NCBI GenBank assembly: GCA_965206595.1
Contig: OZ242214.1
Location: 2,464,001 to 2,528,000 of the forward strand
Length of the DNA: 64,000 nucleotides
Reading direction: 5' to 3'
Origin: Candidatus Latescibacterota bacterium
GTDB lineage: Bacteria > Latescibacterota > UBA2968 > UBA8231
Shown here one piece after another: positions 48,087 through 57,448 of the stretch; position 1 is the stretch's first letter; every line of letters begins with the position of its first letter. Both the position numbers and the translations under genes were made by a program. The notes beneath the pieces were generated by a model. The model was given only the letters and a program-made list of their open reading frames with translations. It had not been told where the DNA came from and made no database searches.

Positions 48087-50600
48087 CTATCTGACGATGA
48101 CCATCTTGCCGGCGTGGACCACCGGTCCGGCCTGCAGCCGGCTGAAATAGATGCCGCTGCCCACCGGCTCGCCTCTCTGATCGCGGCCGTCCCAGTGGAT
48201 TTGGTAGTAGCCGGCGGTCTGGGGCCGATCCACGAGCGTCCGCATCGCCTGGCCCAGGACGTTGTAGATCACCAGGCGCACCTGCCCGGGTGAGGCCAGC
48301 CGATAGGCGATCCGGGTCCCGGCGTTGAAGGGATTGGGCGTATTGGACAACAGACCGCCGCGGACCCCCTCATCCAGCGGCACCTCCCTGGCCGCGGCCA
48401 GGGGCTCGCTGGACACCATCCGCACCTCCCCGTCCAGGGTCAGATCCAGAACCTGGCGGCGGTTGCGGTTGAGGGGAATGCTGTGCCATTCGTCCAGGAC
48501 CCTGCCGCTGGGGGTGACGGCGCGGGCCAGGTACAGGCCGCTGACGCCGGACCGTTGTGGGCTGGAGATGGTCAGTTTCACGTGGCGTGCCGAATCTGCG
48601 ACGGCGCCCCAGCCATAGTCGGCCCGGCGGCCGGAGATCGAACGGGAGAATTCCAGGGCCACCCTCCTTGCCGCATACGGGAGGTTGGCCTCCACGACCG
48701 TGTAGGAACGGTTCGGAGCCTTCCACGAGGCAGTATCCCACAAGAGAGTCGTGCCGTCCCAACTGGAGCTGGCCAGAATGGACCCATCCGGCGAGAACGT
48801 CACGGATCTGACTTCACTCCGGTGCTCTCCGAGGTGTTCCTGTCGACCGGTCACGGCATCCCACAACCGGACTCTGCCGTCTGCGCTCCCACTGGCCAGG
48901 GCAGACCCATCGGTTGAGAAGGCCAGGAAAGAGACCTTGGACCAATCCCTTTGGAACGTGCCTTTGTCTTGAAGGATGGCCGCATCCCACAGGTGAATGC
49001 GGCCGTCCCCGTTCCCGGTGGCCAGGACCCCGTCCGGGGAGAAGGCGAAAGAGAAGACCTCACCCCACGTCTCCGCGACAGTGGTCTTGCGCTGGAGCGT
49101 GGTTGTATCCCACAAGCGGAGGCCATCGGTGCCCCCGCTGACCAAGGTCTTTCCATCGGGCGAGTACACAACCGAGATGACCGACCCTGCTTGCAGGGTG
49201 GCTTTCAGCTCCTCACTGGACACCTCCCACAAGCGCACACCGCCGCCCCCGTTCCCACTGGCCAGGGTGCCTCCATCCGTGGAAAAGGACAACCCGCTGA
49301 TCCCGTGTACATCCCCAACGACCATCTCCACCTCGCCCGTGACCGCATCCCACACCTCGATCCTGCCGTCGCTGCCGGAACTGGCGAGGAGGGTTCCATC
49401 CGGCGAGAATGCCAGGTCCAGGACGAACCCCTGGCGCCTCTCCCATGTGGCCTTCACCCGTCCGGTGACCGGGTCCCGTAGATGAACCTTCTCCCCGAGA
49501 CCTTGGGCAAGGGTGGTCCCGTCCGGCGAGAAGACTACGACCGGAGGCCAGTACGTATATCCCTCCAGGGTGGCCTTCTCCCAGCCGGTGTCCAGGTCCC
49601 ACAACTGGACCCTGAACCCCGCGGCCCGATCTTCGCCACTGGCCAGGACGCCGCCGTCGGGAGAGAACACCACGGACATGCAGCCGTAGACACGGTCCAT
49701 GGGGCGGTCCGTGTATCGGCTGTCATCCGTGTCCCAGAGCCGAATGCCAGAGTAGCTGCAGCTGGCCAAGGTGCCGCCGTCCGGGGAGAAGGAGACGGAA
49801 GTGACCCAACGCATGTGCTCGTCGAAGGTGGCCAGGTGATCGCCGTTGCCGGCATCCCACAACCGAACCGTGTGGTCATCGGAACCACTCGCCAGGGTGC
49901 GGCCGTCCGGGGAGAAGGAAACGGTATTGACCGCCTCTCGATGACCCTCCAGGGTGGCCTTCAGCCGGCCGCTGACCACATCCCACAACCGAACGGAAGC
50001 GTCGGCGCCGCCACTGGCCAGAGTCGTGCCATCCAGGGATCGGGACAAGGTCAGGACCGGTCCTTGATGCCCTCCCAGAGTGGTATCCAGGCGGCCGGTC
50101 ACCGCATCCCACAACCGGATCACCCCGTCCGAGGCGCCACTGGCCAGGGTCGAGTCACCGAGAAACGTCACGGTCAGGACTCTCCCATTCGAGGTGAGGG
50201 TGCCCTTCACCTGGACCGTGGCCAGATCCCACAGCTGGATCGTACCATCCAGATTGCCCGCGGCCAGGGTCCCGCCGTCCGGGGAGAAAGCCACGGAGGT
50301 GGCCTCTTCCTGCCCGGTGAGGAGCGCGGTCTCGGCCCCGGTTTCGGCATCGTAGATCCAGATGCCGAAGCCGCCGGTCACCGCCAGCCGCGTCCCGTCC
50401 GGCGAATAGACAACGGCTCCGGCCCCAGGCTGGGGAACCCCTCCTCCGGGGTCGGTCGGGTAGAGGAAGCTACCTTTGCCAAAGCGGGCGACGGCGCCTT
50501 CGGGCAATCCCCATGTGTAATGATCATGGGCTATGCCAGTCTGCACGGTCAGGAGACAGATCCACAGGGCGGGAAGATCGAACCACCGGGCCCTTACCAT
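48087..50600 (-). CDS. secreted WD40-repeat protein with C-terminal FlgD Ig-like domain
   Basis: many FSPDGxTLASG...RLWD repeats; NTPNPFNAGTRIAYRL...WDGRD...SGIYF tail. Confidence 0.92.
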   Translation of the reverse strand: MVRARWFDLPALWICLLTVQTGIAHDHYTWGLPEGAVARFGKGSFLYPTDPGGGVPQPGAGAVVYSPDGTRLAVTGGFGIWIYDAETGAETALLTGQEEATSVAFSPDGGTLAAGNLDGTIQLWDLATVQVKGTLTSNGRVLTVTFLGDSTLASGASDGVIRLWDAVTGRLDTTLGGHQGPVLTLSRSLDGTTLASGGADASVRLWDVVSGRLKATLEGHREAVNTVSFSPDGRTLASGSDDHTVRLWDAGNGDHLATFDEHMRWVTSVSFSPDGGTLASCSYSGIRLWDTDDSRYTDRPMDRVYGCMSVVFSPDGGVLASGEDRAAGFRVQLWDLDTGWEKATLEGYTYWPPVVVFSPDGTTLAQGLGEKVHLRDPVTGRVKATWERRQGFVLDLAFSPDGTLLASSGSDGRIEVWDAVTGEVEMVVGDVHGISGLSFSTDGGTLASGNGGGGVRLWEVSSEELKATLQAGSVISVVYSPDGKTLVSGGTDGLRLWDTTTLQRKTTVAETWGEVFSFAFSPDGVLATGNGDGRIHLWDAAILQDKGTFQRDWSKVSFLAFSTDGSALASGSADGRVRLWDAVTGRQEHLGEHRSEVRSVTFSPDGSILASSSWDGTTLLWDTASWKAPNRSYTVVEANLPYAARRVALEFSRSISGRRADYGWGAVADSARHVKLTISSPQRSGVSGLYLARAVTPSGRVLDEWHSIPLNRNRRQVLDLTLDGEVRMVSSEPLAAAREVPLDEGVRGGLLSNTPNPFNAGTRIAYRLASPGQVRLVIYNVLGQAMRTLVDRPQTAGYYQIHWDGRDQRGEPVGSGIYFSRLQAGPVVHAGKMVIVR

Positions 50601-50669
50601 CGGGACACCTCCGTTGCGCTGGGGGATGGGGCGCGAGCTAAGTTAGACGCTTCAACGGGAGGGAATTGA

Positions 50670-50811
50670 ATGACCAACTCTGCGGGCGACAGCGTCGTCA
50701 TACTGTTCAAGGGAGGACGCCTGCCGGCGTGGCACCAGCTCGAAGAAGCGCAACGGACCGACTACGAGCGCCAGCACGTCGACCTGATGCTCTCCGTCTC
50801 CGAGCGGCAAA
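50670..50811 (+). pseudogene. N-terminal gene fragment cut by the oriIS end
   Basis: MTNSAGDSVVILFKGGRLPAWHQL...HVDLMLSVSERQ runs into GTATAGGAA. Confidence 0.45.
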
Positions 50812-51400
50812 GTATAGGAAAAATGAGGCACCTTTTTTGACTCTCGGTCAAGGCGCTGAGCGCACCGCAAGGGTCCGGCAGCTCCCGGAGGATCGTTTGC
50901 CAATCCTTCGACCGAACTCGCAGTCCGGTCTGGTTGCCTGTAGTCCCGTATCCGGATCAATCCGGGGCCTGAGGGACCGTTGAGGGCACACCCAGCCGTA
51001 CCCCCGGCGACGGCGGCGGGTCGAAAAGGCAGGTCAGGCGGCCAACTCGAACAGCGGCTCAGGCGGGGCCCTCGGCGGGGGCCTCACCGGCAGCCCTACC
51101 CCCTCCAGATAGGGCCGGATCGAGGCCGGATCGGTCAGGGCGGCGATGATTCTCAGGCGACCGCCACAGGCCGCGCATTCGCTGAGGTCGGAGGAAAACA
51201 CCCGCGCCAGCAGGGTCGCCCACCGCAGCCGATGGCCGCAGGAGGCAGCGCTCGCCGAGCCGTCCGCCGCCGCCGGCTCGGCAACCGGCTGGGCCGGCAC
51301 GATGAGGTTGCGGGCCCGGGCCCGGGGCGCCAGGACCCCGTGGTAGCGTAGGAGATGGAGCCGGGGCGGGGGAACCAGAGCCGCCAGCTTCTCCAGCAGG
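50812..51400 (-). mobile_element. IS91/ISCR remnant, copy 3: oriIS + transposase C-terminus
   Basis: terminal TTCCTATAC (minus strand) as in ISCR oriIS; LLEKLAALVPPPRLHLLRYHGVLAP...WATLLARVF...CAACGGRLRIIAALTDP. Confidence 0.85.
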
Positions 51401-51429
51401 TCCGCCGCCCCCGGCGGCTGCCATCACCC

Positions 51430-51456
51430 GTCATCCCCGACCTCGATCGGGGATCT
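51430..51456. repeat. REP/RPE-like palindromic element
   Basis: GTCATCCCCGACCTCGATCGGGGATCT hairpin (ATCCCCGA/TCGGGGAT). Confidence 0.55.
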
Positions 51457-51623
51457 ACCGTCGCACTAGACAAATCCGGACGCCCCACACCCACCCAGTT
51501 GATAGCATTGGCATCGTGAAACCGGCTGGCATTCAGGCCGTCTTTGTTGATCGGTGCGACCACGAAGTATCCGCCCGAGTCGGCCGAGGTCCACGCTCAT
51601 AATGCCAACCGGATGCTCGCAAC

Positions 51624-51700
51624 GGACGGTTAGCTCAGCTGGTTAGAGCGTCTGTCTTACACACAGAAGGTCAGAGGTTCGAGTCCTCTACCGCCCACCA
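51624..51700 (+). tRNA. tRNA-Val (anticodon TAC)
   Basis: cloverleaf: D arm AGCTCAGCTGGTTAGAGC, anticodon arm TCTGT-CTTACAC-ACAGA, T arm AGAGG-TTCGAGT-CCTCT, encoded CCA. Confidence 0.95.
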
Positions 51701-52081
51701 GACCAAGTATCCGGGTCTCAGCGGCTTCATAGACTGCCTGTCGGTAGTTCGAGTCCCCGCTACCTTTCGCCCGGGTGGAAGTGCCGGACGGGCAGTTCCC
51801 CTGGCCCCGGCCGTGTTGGCCAATACAGCACATGAAGACCGGACGCCAGCAGGGCCTGGAGATCAAGATAAAACCATCTCTTTGGGAATGACTGGCGATT
51901 CGCCATATAGGAAATCTTGATTGGAATGGTGTTCGCAAACTTACCGCATGGACGAATAGATTCCTTGAGGCAAGATTTGCGTTAACTTTGGAGACAGAAT
52001 CTTCCGAACCAACCCAATAAATGTTTTCTCGGAGCAGGATCGAAATGCCACAAAGCATGTGGCGCCAACTGCGATAAGGAG

Positions 52082-52347
52082 ATGACTACTCGAATGGAAC
52101 TGGTGCAACTGGTGGCTCAGGCCTTGGCCCAGACGTCATTCCGTACTGAGGATCGAGCGATTACTTCGGCGGAAGAGCTGCGCCAGACCCTCTCCGAGTC
52201 CTACTGGGGTGCGCCTGACAGGGCATTGGCTCTGTCAGCCCGGCCAGAGGTTTCGGATGAAACGGTAGATTGTTTGACCGCCGGTCTTCATCAGCGGTTG
52301 GACGCGCACGTCGATGCCTCCAGTGGCCGTGTCGGCCACTCATTAAG
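52082..52347 (+). pseudogene. N-terminal fragment of an unknown protein cut by IS1380
   Basis: AAGGAG RBS + ATG; the ORF runs into the IS terminal repeat at 52348. Confidence 0.5.
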
Positions 52348-54207
52348 CCTTTGTTATTCATTCAACCCGCGCATAAGCGGACATAGGCGCTTCCGAGACC
52401 CCTTTGCTTAGCCTCAGAGGCTTGCGTCCCTTCTATAGTCGGCTTTTTGGGTAGAGCCGTCTCCTTATCTCTACCGACCTTGTTGAAATTGTACACGCCT
52501 TCTCGAAGACGCTTGCCTTTGCGAGCCCATCATCCCGACCGACCCGGCCTGCGCTTACGCCATCGCCGCGTCCACCGGTTTGAGCGTGGCCAGAAATCTC
52601 CACAGACGATCCCAGGCAGCCGCCGTCCCTTGGGTCAGGATGACGCCCACCCTGCGCCCATGCAAGGTGACGCGGGACGGCAGGCGCAGGTAGCGCCGTC
52701 GAAAACTGTCCAGGCTCAGGGCCGTCGTCGAGCGTCCGTATGTGCGGGGCCGCCCGCGTCGGGCCTCGGCGCGTTCGGCGGCCTGGCGGCCCAGGTGAAG
52801 CAGGTTGTAGGCCAGCAGGTTCAAGGTCAGAAGCGCCTGGTTGGCAGCGAAGGCATCCCGGGACGGGGTGCGCTGACGCGGCTCTCGACCCCGGTAGTGT
52901 TGCTTGCGACGGGTGGTAGAGGAGAGCTGAGGCTGGAGGGTGGAGCTCAACTCGCCGAGCATGCGCTCGAAAAGGCCGCGCTGACGATAAAAGGCGACCA
53001 GGTCGCGGCCGCTCATCGTCTGGGGACTCTGGTCGGTGATCAGGAAGAAGTGGCGGGCGATGGGCAGCTCTTCCGTCTCGGAAGGGACCAGGACCAACAC
53101 CACCCGCCGGGGCTGCGCCCAGGACCTGGCTTGATAGCGCAGCTCGCGACAGCGAAAACCCTCTTCCCGCAGCTCTTCCGGGTGCTGCGCCAGCTCCTGC
53201 TGATAGCCTTCCACCCAGGCACGAGCCAGCTCCTCCAGGCGCGCATTCTTCTTGATGCGCGCCACGTACGAGGTGTCGGCCCGCGCTTCCAGCTCACTCA
53301 GGAAAGACCCGCTCACCGAGGCCGCGTCGAAGCGCAGGATGAGGCGCCGGGCCAGATGCGACTGAATCCAGTCCAAGCGCTTGCCGAGAGCCTCTGAGGC
53401 GCCCTCATGGGCGTGCACGTTGCCCGGCCGCAGCACGGCACCGAAGAAATCGCCCGTCTGCGCCGAGCCGAGGAGCAGGGGATGGTACCCCGAGGCGTGG
53501 AAGTAGCCGTTGTATTCGACCCCCGCCTGGTGCCCGTGCGCCGGCATCGGCAGGGCATCCATGTCGACGGCCAACTCCTCGTATTTCATCCGTCCTTCCA
53601 GCAGCCGGCAACGAGACCGGGCGCTGCGCAGGACGGCTTCCTCCAACACCTCGCGGTTATAGGCAGTCGAGGCTTGCTCGAGCAGGCGCGACAGCGTCGG
53701 CTGACTGGCCAGTCCCTGCGGCCGGTCTTCGTCGCCGCTGCGCAACGGCGCCTGCCCTTTGCGATCGCTGACCGCCAGACGCAGGATCGGATCTTGGCGC
53801 AACGCGTCGGCGTCGGCGGCGTGGGTCCAGCCCTGTGCCAGCAGCACGATCTGTGTGCGCAGCAGCTCCGGCAGCGGGTGCGTGATCTGGTCTTGGGTAC
53901 GGAGATCCTCGAAGTGGGCGTCGACCCAATCCAGAACCCGGCTGTGTTCGAGCAGTTGACGCAACATCAGCGCACCGGTGTCGCTGCCAAGGTGGGTGGG
54001 GCGGGCTTCGATGTGGATGGAGCGGTTGAAAGACGGCTGAATCGGCCCGGCTTGCTCGGACTCGGTGTGTGACGGTAATTCACCCATTGGGTGTCCTACT
54101 GTGTGATGGGTTCAAAGGGCGATACTGCCTTGTGTTTCCCTCTGAAATCTAAGCATGGGAGGCACCCAGTACAGCCCTCTCCACTAAAATTCCATGAATA
54201 ACAAGGG
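52348..54207 (-). mobile_element. IS1380-family insertion sequence
   Basis: 14-bp terminal inverted repeats CCTTTGTTATTCAT / CCCTTGTTATTCAT; no flanking direct repeat. Confidence 0.85.
52555..54087 (-). CDS. IS1380-family DDE transposase
   Basis: SDTGALML, LASQPTLSRL, DMD...HGHQ...YNGY...YHPL, LRPGNVH, LRFDA, FYRQRG..E. Confidence 0.9.
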   Translation of the reverse strand: MGELPSHTESEQAGPIQPSFNRSIHIEARPTHLGSDTGALMLRQLLEHSRVLDWVDAHFEDLRTQDQITHPLPELLRTQIVLLAQGWTHAADADALRQDPILRLAVSDRKGQAPLRSGDEDRPQGLASQPTLSRLLEQASTAYNREVLEEAVLRSARSRCRLLEGRMKYEELAVDMDALPMPAHGHQAGVEYNGYFHASGYHPLLLGSAQTGDFFGAVLRPGNVHAHEGASEALGKRLDWIQSHLARRLILRFDAASVSGSFLSELEARADTSYVARIKKNARLEELARAWVEGYQQELAQHPEELREEGFRCRELRYQARSWAQPRRVVLVLVPSETEELPIARHFFLITDQSPQTMSGRDLVAFYRQRGLFERMLGELSSTLQPQLSSTTRRKQHYRGREPRQRTPSRDAFAANQALLTLNLLAYNLLHLGRQAAERAEARRGRPRTYGRSTTALSLDSFRRRYLRLPSRVTLHGRRVGVILTQGTAAAWDRLWRFLATLKPVDAAMA

Positions 54208-55379
54208 GTCAAAAGACCCCAGCTTATCCAAAGACCCCAGCTCAACGGAAGGCTCAGCAGCCCGCCCACCAGTGTCAGCAGCACGTTTTCGGCGATGAAC
54301 TGGCCGACGAGCGCACGGGACGATCCGCCGAATGCCTTGCGGACGCCGATCTCGGCGGCGCGCTCCTCGATGCGGCTGATGTTGATGTTTACCAGGTGCA
54401 GCACCGGTAGCAACAGGATCAGCAGCACGACGCCGGCGGCAATCAATACCTTCCGCAGGACGAGGCCGGGGATGGCCGACCGCCATTCAGGACCGGCATC
54501 CACGAGGTCATCCCAGTCGGTTTCGATCACCCATTCCTCGAAGGCGGTGACGAGCGGGGCGAGTAGCAGGGAATCCTCTTCCACCGGCTCTACCCGCGGC
54601 AGCACCGCGGCGAATTCCGCCCGTATGCGCTCCTTGTCCTCCGGCCGCGGCGCCAGCACCGCGGCACTAAAATTGCCCCTCATCAGCCGGTAGGGACGCC
54701 ACTCCCGGGCCGGCGCCGTGGTCAGCGGCACCCATACATCGGTGCGGGAGCTCACCCTTTGGCTGCGGCCAGGGGCGACTACGCCGGCGACGCGGTGAGG
54801 CTGCCCGTCAAGAGGCACGCTTTTTCCCACGACCTCGGTCGATCCGAAGAACCGCTTGGCAAAGCTGTCGCTGATGACGGCGACGAAATCCCCGGCTTCG
54901 ACTTCGGCTGCGGTATAGGGGCGGCCCTGGATGAAGTCGAAGCTGAAGACCTCCCAGAAAGCGGCATCAGTCGATCGCACTTCCACACCGGCCTCCTCTG
55001 CCCCACCCTGCAACCCCCGGGTCTCTGGACGCTTGGAAAAGATCGCCACGTTCTCCGCGGTCTCGAGCGTCCGCACATACCGGTCCAGAAAAGCGTAACC
55101 AGGCGATACATTAAGCGTGCGTGAGAATCTATGGCCAGTGCGACCCTCTACTTCTATCGGAGTCGTCACATTTATTCCTATCGTCGAGAGGTGCAGGGTG
55201 CGGTCGTTGTGGATCTCCGGCGGCGCGTTCCCTGTTACTTGCCCGATTTCCATATCGAGGATCATCGTCGCCGTAATCGACGCGATCAGCGTGGAGCATA
55301 TCCCCAGCAGGTTGACGCCGGTGAAGAACTTGTGCCGCCAGAACACCTTGAGGGCGACCTTCACGTAGTTCTTCAGCAT
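54208..55379 (-). pseudogene. MacB-type ABC permease, C-terminus cut by IS1380; paralogue of 57445..58761
   Basis: MLKNYVKVALKVFWRHKFFT, EERAAEIGVRKAFG; final TM missing at the IS boundary. Confidence 0.85.
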
Positions 55380-55389
55380 CTCCTCCTCC

Positions 55390-55464
55390 TCAATTGGCCT
55401 GCCTGCCGCCGAAAAGCCGCACCGTGCGCCCGGTGCGCTCGGGGATGCCCTGGTGGTGGGTTAC
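55390..55464 (-). pseudogene. C-terminal remnant of a duplicated ABC ATPase gene
   Basis: VTHHQGIPERTGRTVRLFGGRQAN* vs VTHDQGLADRTRRTVRLFDGRQVS* at the end of 58775..59440. Confidence 0.75.
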
Positions 55465-55499
55465 TCATAGCTGATTGTTGTACCTCGATACCACCGCAG

Positions 55500-56087
55500 T
55501 CAGTCAACCATCATGAGAATTGCACCTGCGGTCAGTACACCGGTCACAGTTCCGATTCCCCAAAAAGAACCGTCCCTGTTGCTTGCCTCTCTCCTCTCGC
55601 GAATCCGCCTTTGATAGCCATCCCGAAAGCCTTCGATATAACCATTCCCCTTTCCCCGTATGGCCTGATATGTCTCTTTCGACAATGGTGCATCACTACT
55701 ACCGGCATAGTATTCGCTTTGTAGAAGCAGGCCCATTATGCTGAACCCGATAATATGGCCGGACAACCACCACCACCTAGTCTCTTTCAATTCAACCACG
55801 CTCTTTACAACGCCGACTATGCCGAGGCCGCTTATATAGCCAGACAGCCACCACCGCTTTGTCCCCTTGAACTCAGCTGCCAGCTCTCCGTCGAAGAGCC
55901 CTTGATCCCTTGTATATTGGGGTAGAGCTGCTTGCCGGTCTCCGGACGGCCCCTGCGCCAGGACAAACCCCGGATGTATCCGCTCCTCGGGAAATTCGGG
56001 AACTCCAAATCGGGGCTCTGCCTGTACAGGGACCTTCTCCGATACATTCAAAACACCCAGCACTAAGATCACCGGCGGTAGCTTCAT
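55500..56087 (-). CDS. uncharacterised membrane protein with an internal ~27-aa repeat
   Basis: EFKGTKRWWLSGYISGLGIVG / ELKETRWWWLSGHIIGFSIMG; YIEGFRDGY; C-terminal TM. Confidence 0.5.
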   Translation of the reverse strand: MKLPPVILVLGVLNVSEKVPVQAEPRFGVPEFPEERIHPGFVLAQGPSGDRQAALPQYTRDQGLFDGELAAEFKGTKRWWLSGYISGLGIVGVVKSVVELKETRWWWLSGHIIGFSIMGLLLQSEYYAGSSDAPLSKETYQAIRGKGNGYIEGFRDGYQRRIRERREASNRDGSFWGIGTVTGVLTAGAILMMVD

Positions 56088-56131
56088 GAAGTTTCCTTCT
56101 TTCGTACCAGGTTGTATCTCTCCTATTCGAC

Positions 56132-57448
56132 TCAGTCGTGATGCAACGCCTCGGCCGGGCGCACCCGCGCCGCCAGCCAACTGGGGTAGAGGCCGCACAG
56201 CAGCACTAGCGAATAGAGGGCTAGCGCCGTCGCTCCCAGGCCCCAGGCGACGACATGGGCCGGCAAATCGCTCCAGAAGATCGTGGGACCCAACATCTCC
56301 AACAGCCCGAACTGCAGGATCACCACACAGCCCAGCGCAATGGCCACGGTCACCAGCACCGCCAGTTCTCCCAGGAACTGTCCGTAGATGCGGCCGCCGG
56401 GCGCCCCCACCGCCCGCCGTATACCGATCTCCCGGGTGCGGCGGCGCACGTTTTGCCACGTCATGCCGGTCAGCCCCAGTGCCACCATGAGCGTCAACAG
56501 ACCGCTGATCCGAGCCGTGGACCCCACCCTCTGCAGTTTGACCAGACGATCAACCTCCCTGTTCGCCGCCAGTGACTCCACATTCACCCCCACAGTCCGC
56601 CCCGCCGGAACAACCGTCTGGATCCGCGATGATAGCGTTTCGTCGACAGCCGGTCCCGTGCCCGGATAGGACCTTACGAGGAAGTAGCACACGTTGCTCA
56701 CCGGATTTGCAAGCCACTGGTTGGAAATCCGCAGGAAGATGAAACCTGGTACATCGTTGGAGCTTCCGTACCAGTTGAATCTCCCGTAATAGAAACAGTC
56801 CTCCACGACCCCTACCACGCGGACCCGGTCCGGGGTGGGGGAATCGAACTCCTCTTGCAGATCGAGCAGATCGAGATCGAATACCGGCGAGTCTGCCAGG
56901 ACTTTGCCCAGAGGATCTTCGTCCCCAAACAGCACGCGGCCCAACTCCTGGTCGATGACGGCCGGCGTCCAGTCCAGGGCCTCGTCTTCGGGCTGGAACC
57001 AGCGCCCGCTCAGGAGCCGCGGCCTCAATACCTCCAACCCCTCATCCGAGATGTGGACGTACGAGATCCCGTTCCATGAGGCCGGGACAAGGAGGAATGG
57101 CACTTCGCTGGCGAGGGCTGCCGCCTGGACTTGGTCGAGCGCGCGCAGCTCTCTCCCCACTAGTTCGATACTGCCCTGGTACCCTGCTACGTACTCTGCT
57201 AAAGCCTCTGCTATAGCTTGTTCCCTGTCCTTGCCCCGGTCCAAGGGGGGAGGGGGGGTCTGATCCATCAACATGACCGACCACACGCCTTCGTGCTGGA
57301 ATCCCAGCGGCTTCAGCTGCTCCGCCGCGAAGAGTACACAGGCCACAACCAGGGGGGTCAGCACCAGGAACGACAGGAAGAGCTCGCCGACGAGCAACAG
57401 ATGGGTCCGCCGCCGATTCCACGCCAGGCGGCACAAGTGAGCGATCAT
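56132..57448 (-). CDS. MacB/FtsX-type ABC permease
   Basis: GRWF, VVGVV, RRTREIGIRRAVGA, YPSWLAARVRPAEALH. Confidence 0.9.
   Translation of the reverse strand: MIAHLCRLAWNRRRTHLLLVGELFLSFLVLTPLVVACVLFAAEQLKPLGFQHEGVWSVMLMDQTPPPPLDRGKDREQAIAEALAEYVAGYQGSIELVGRELRALDQVQAAALASEVPFLLVPASWNGISYVHISDEGLEVLRPRLLSGRWFQPEDEALDWTPAVIDQELGRVLFGDEDPLGKVLADSPVFDLDLLDLQEEFDSPTPDRVRVVGVVEDCFYYGRFNWYGSSNDVPGFIFLRISNQWLANPVSNVCYFLVRSYPGTGPAVDETLSSRIQTVVPAGRTVGVNVESLAANREVDRLVKLQRVGSTARISGLLTLMVALGLTGMTWQNVRRRTREIGIRRAVGAPGGRIYGQFLGELAVLVTVAIALGCVVILQFGLLEMLGPTIFWSDLPAHVVAWGLGATALALYSLVLLCGLYPSWLAARVRPAEALHHD

Noticed and set aside
48041-50336. Diversity-generating retroelement TR/VR pair
   Set aside because: Repeat is only 29 bp, has no adenine-specific mismatches, and no reverse transcriptase is present
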